Source: an uncultured delta proteobacterium
GTDB lineage: Bacteria; Myxococcota_A; Polyangia; Polyangiales; Polyangiaceae
NCBI GenBank assembly: GCA_963716725.1
Contig: CAVQUB010000005.1
Span: forward strand, 672,001-736,000
Direction of reading: 5' to 3'
Length of the DNA: 64,000 nt
Part shown: positions 61,892 to 64,000 of the stretch, one piece after another
Layout of the letters: the number at the start of each line of letters is the position of its first letter
How positions within the stretch are numbered: the first letter of the stretch is position 1
Notes under the pieces: generated by a model
Database searches by the model: none
The model's input: the letters and a program-made list of their open reading frames with translations, nothing else
Told to the model about the DNA's origin: nothing
Program-made: the position numbers and the translations under genes

Positions 61892-64000
61892 GCCGCGGCA
61901 GCCTTCTGCTTTCGCTGAGCCTCGCTGGGCTGGGCCTCGCGACGACGTTGCCGGCTTGGGCGACCAAGGTGCGCCGACCCTTCGCCGAGGCCAAGACCTT
62001 TGGCTACGGTTTCGACAACAACGGCTCAGCTGGCGGCTGTACCGATCACGAATGCGGCGGCCGCTGCTACGACGGTCACGGGGGCACGGACTACCCGGTG
62101 GTCGTGGGCACCCAAGTGCTGGCCGGGGCCGATGGCAGCGTCGTGGCGACCAACAACGGCTGCGCCAACACCGGCGGCCTGGGCAACACCTGCGGTGGCG
62201 GCTGCGGCAACTACGTGAAGATCGCGCACGCCGACGGCCACTTCACCCTGTTTTGCCACCTGCAGCTGGGCTCCCTGAAGGTGGCGACCGGTCAGGCGGT
62301 GAAGTGCGGTCAAGCGGTGGGCAACTCCGCGAGCTCGGGCAACTCCAGCGGCCCGCACCTGCACTTTGCCTGGCGCACCAGCGGCAACGCCAACATCAAC
62401 TCTTACAGCGGCAAGTGCTCCAGCTCTCTCAGCGCCTGGGTCGAACAGGGCAGCTACAACGGGCCGACCGGCGCCCAGTGTGAATGCGCGGCGGGAACCG
62501 AGACCTGCAACGGCAAGGACGACGACTGCGACGGCCAGGTGGACGAAGGCGACGTCTGCGAGATCCAGATGCTGCAGCGATCGCAGTTCTGGCTCGCGCC
62601 CGCGCGCACCACGGACATCGATGGAGACGGCCGGGCAGACGTGTGTGGCCGGGGAGGCGCAGGAGTCTGGTGTCACCTTTCGCAGGGCAGCAGCTGGTCC
62701 GACAAGGGACCCACCCTGGCACTCGCTGACAGCCAGGGCTGGGACGACGCGACGAACTGGGGCACCCTGCGCATGGGCGATCTGGACGGCGACGGCCGAG
62801 CCAATCTGTGCGCCCGCGCCAACGCCGGCGTGACTTGCTGGAAGTCGGACGGCGCCGGACTGAGCACGAAGATCGAAGGGCCCGCCTGGGCCGACGACAA
62901 GGGCTGGTCCGGCGTCCAGTTCTACAGCACCATGCGTTTGCTGGACGTCGACGGCGATCACAAGGACGACCTGTGCGCGCGCGCGGCCAAGGGCATCGTC
63001 TGCCTGAAGTCCACGGGCAGCGCCTTCGGTGAGGCCTTCGACGGACCCGCCTGGTCCGACGACGCCGGCTTCGGCGCCGCACGCTACTACGCCACCCTAC
63101 GGACCGGCGACGTCAACGGCGACGGGATGCAGGATCTCTGCATCCGCACCAAGGACGGCATGGAGTGTCGGCTGTCCGAGGGCACGGGCTTCGGCGACGC
63201 CGTGGCCGGCCCCGCCTGGAGCGACGACAACGGCTGGGGCGCCATGAAGTACTGGAGCACCATTCGCCTGGTCGACGTCGACGGCGACGGTCGCGCGGAT
63301 CTGTGTGCGCGGGACTCCAAGGCCTTGCGCTGTCACCTGTCGACGGGCACGTCGTTTGGCGAGGCCATCGAAGTGGCGCCGCTGGGAGACGACACGGGGT
63401 GGGACGACGAGTCGAACTACCTCACGCTGCGCAGCGGTGACATCGACGGCGACGGAGCCCAGGATCTGTGCCTGCGAGCCGACGCCAAGGTGCTGTGCTT
63501 TCGGCTGAAGGCCGGCGTCTTCGAGAAGGTGGAGGGGCCCGCCTGGTCCGACGAGAGCGGCTGGAACAAGCCCGAGTACTTCCACACCATCCAGCTGGGG
63601 GACATGAACGGCGACGCCAAGGCGGATCTGTGTGCTCGTCACTCGGGGGGATCGATGTGCCTGCCTTCCACCGGTGATGGCTTCGGAGCGCCGGTGCAGC
63701 TGGATGAGTTCACGGACCAAGGCGGCTGGGCCGCCGAGCGCTATTACGCGACCATCGCGATTGGCGGCCCGGTCTGTGTGCCCCAGGACGAGATCTGTAA
63801 CGGCAAGGACGACGACTGCGACGGCCAGATCGACGACGGCGTGTGCACCATCGACGCCAGCCCCTCCACCGGAGGCAGCGGCGCCATGGATGCCGGCCTG
63901 CCCACGGGAGGCAGCGGTGGGAGCAGCTCCGGGACCGATCCCGGCAAGGAGAACGCGGAAGGCTCCTGCAGCTGTCGCGCTGTTGGCGGTCGAGACAAAC
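61888..64000 (+). CDS. M23 peptidase + FG-GAP repeat + MopE-motif exported protein (runs off window)
   Basis: Frame open from GTG 61888 to window end; signal peptide, HGGTD and GPHLHF Zn motifs, repeated D.DGDG.ADLC.R, CNGKDDDCDG x2, ends GSCSCRAVG. Confidence 0.88.
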   Translation, partial: MSRGSLLLSLSLAGLGLATTLPAWATKVRRPFAEAKTFGYGFDNNGSAGGCTDHECGGRCYDGHGGTDYPVVVGTQVLAGADGSVVATNNGCANTGGLGNTCGGGCGNYVKIAHADGHFTLFCHLQLGSLKVATGQAVKCGQAVGNSASSGNSSGPHLHFAWRTSGNANINSYSGKCSSSLSAWVEQGSYNGPTGAQCECAAGTETCNGKDDDCDGQVDEGDVCEIQMLQRSQFWLAPARTTDIDGDGRADVCGRGGAGVWCHLSQGSSWSDKGPTLALADSQGWDDATNWGTLRMGDLDGDGRANLCARANAGVTCWKSDGAGLSTKIEGPAWADDKGWSGVQFYSTMRLLDVDGDHKDDLCARAAKGIVCLKSTGSAFGEAFDGPAWSDDAGFGAARYYATLRTGDVNGDGMQDLCIRTKDGMECRLSEGTGFGDAVAGPAWSDDNGWGAMKYWSTIRLVDVDGDGRADLCARDSKALRCHLSTGTSFGEAIEVAPLGDDTGWDDESNYLTLRSGDIDGDGAQDLCLRADAKVLCFRLKAGVFEKVEGPAWSDESGWNKPEYFHTIQLGDMNGDAKADLCARHSGGSMCLPSTGDGFGAPVQLDEFTDQGGWAAERYYATIAIGGPVCVPQDEICNGKDDDCDGQIDDGVCTIDASPSTGGSGAMDAGLPTGGSGGSSSGTDPGKENAEGSCSCRAVGGRDK

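Overview
GC-rich bacterial DNA whose gene content (Ser/Thr kinases with PEGA partners, DUF4215/fibro-slime and MopE-motif Cys-rich lipoproteins, Gly-rich lipoprotein linkers, start of a MYXO-CTERM-like tail) points to a myxobacterium, probably Polyangiaceae-like (inference). The centrepiece (22993-33380) is a bacterial microcompartment (BMC) locus. It has one BMC-H, three BMC-T, three BMC-P, an acylating aldehyde dehydrogenase with an encapsulation peptide, an RpiB-[encapsulation peptide/Cys cluster]-DeoC fusion, a divergent tpiA and a nearby class II aldolase. The shell set is of the Haliangium ochraceum type and the enzymes are of the sugar-phosphate-utilisation (SPU) type. Other content: a GT-C/GT2/methyltransferase glycosylation cluster interrupted by an intact IS4-family element with Tn5-like 19-bp ends and an 8-bp target duplication; signalling and redox genes; an RND efflux pair; a PNGase F-like lipoprotein; a decayed island (44.4-50.5 kb) carrying IS91-, IS4- and IS21-family remnants and a gene with a G14 tract; and a NERD-helicase/GGCT pair. 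Several single-base frameshifts may be read or assembly errors. No rRNA, tRNA or CRISPR array was seen.
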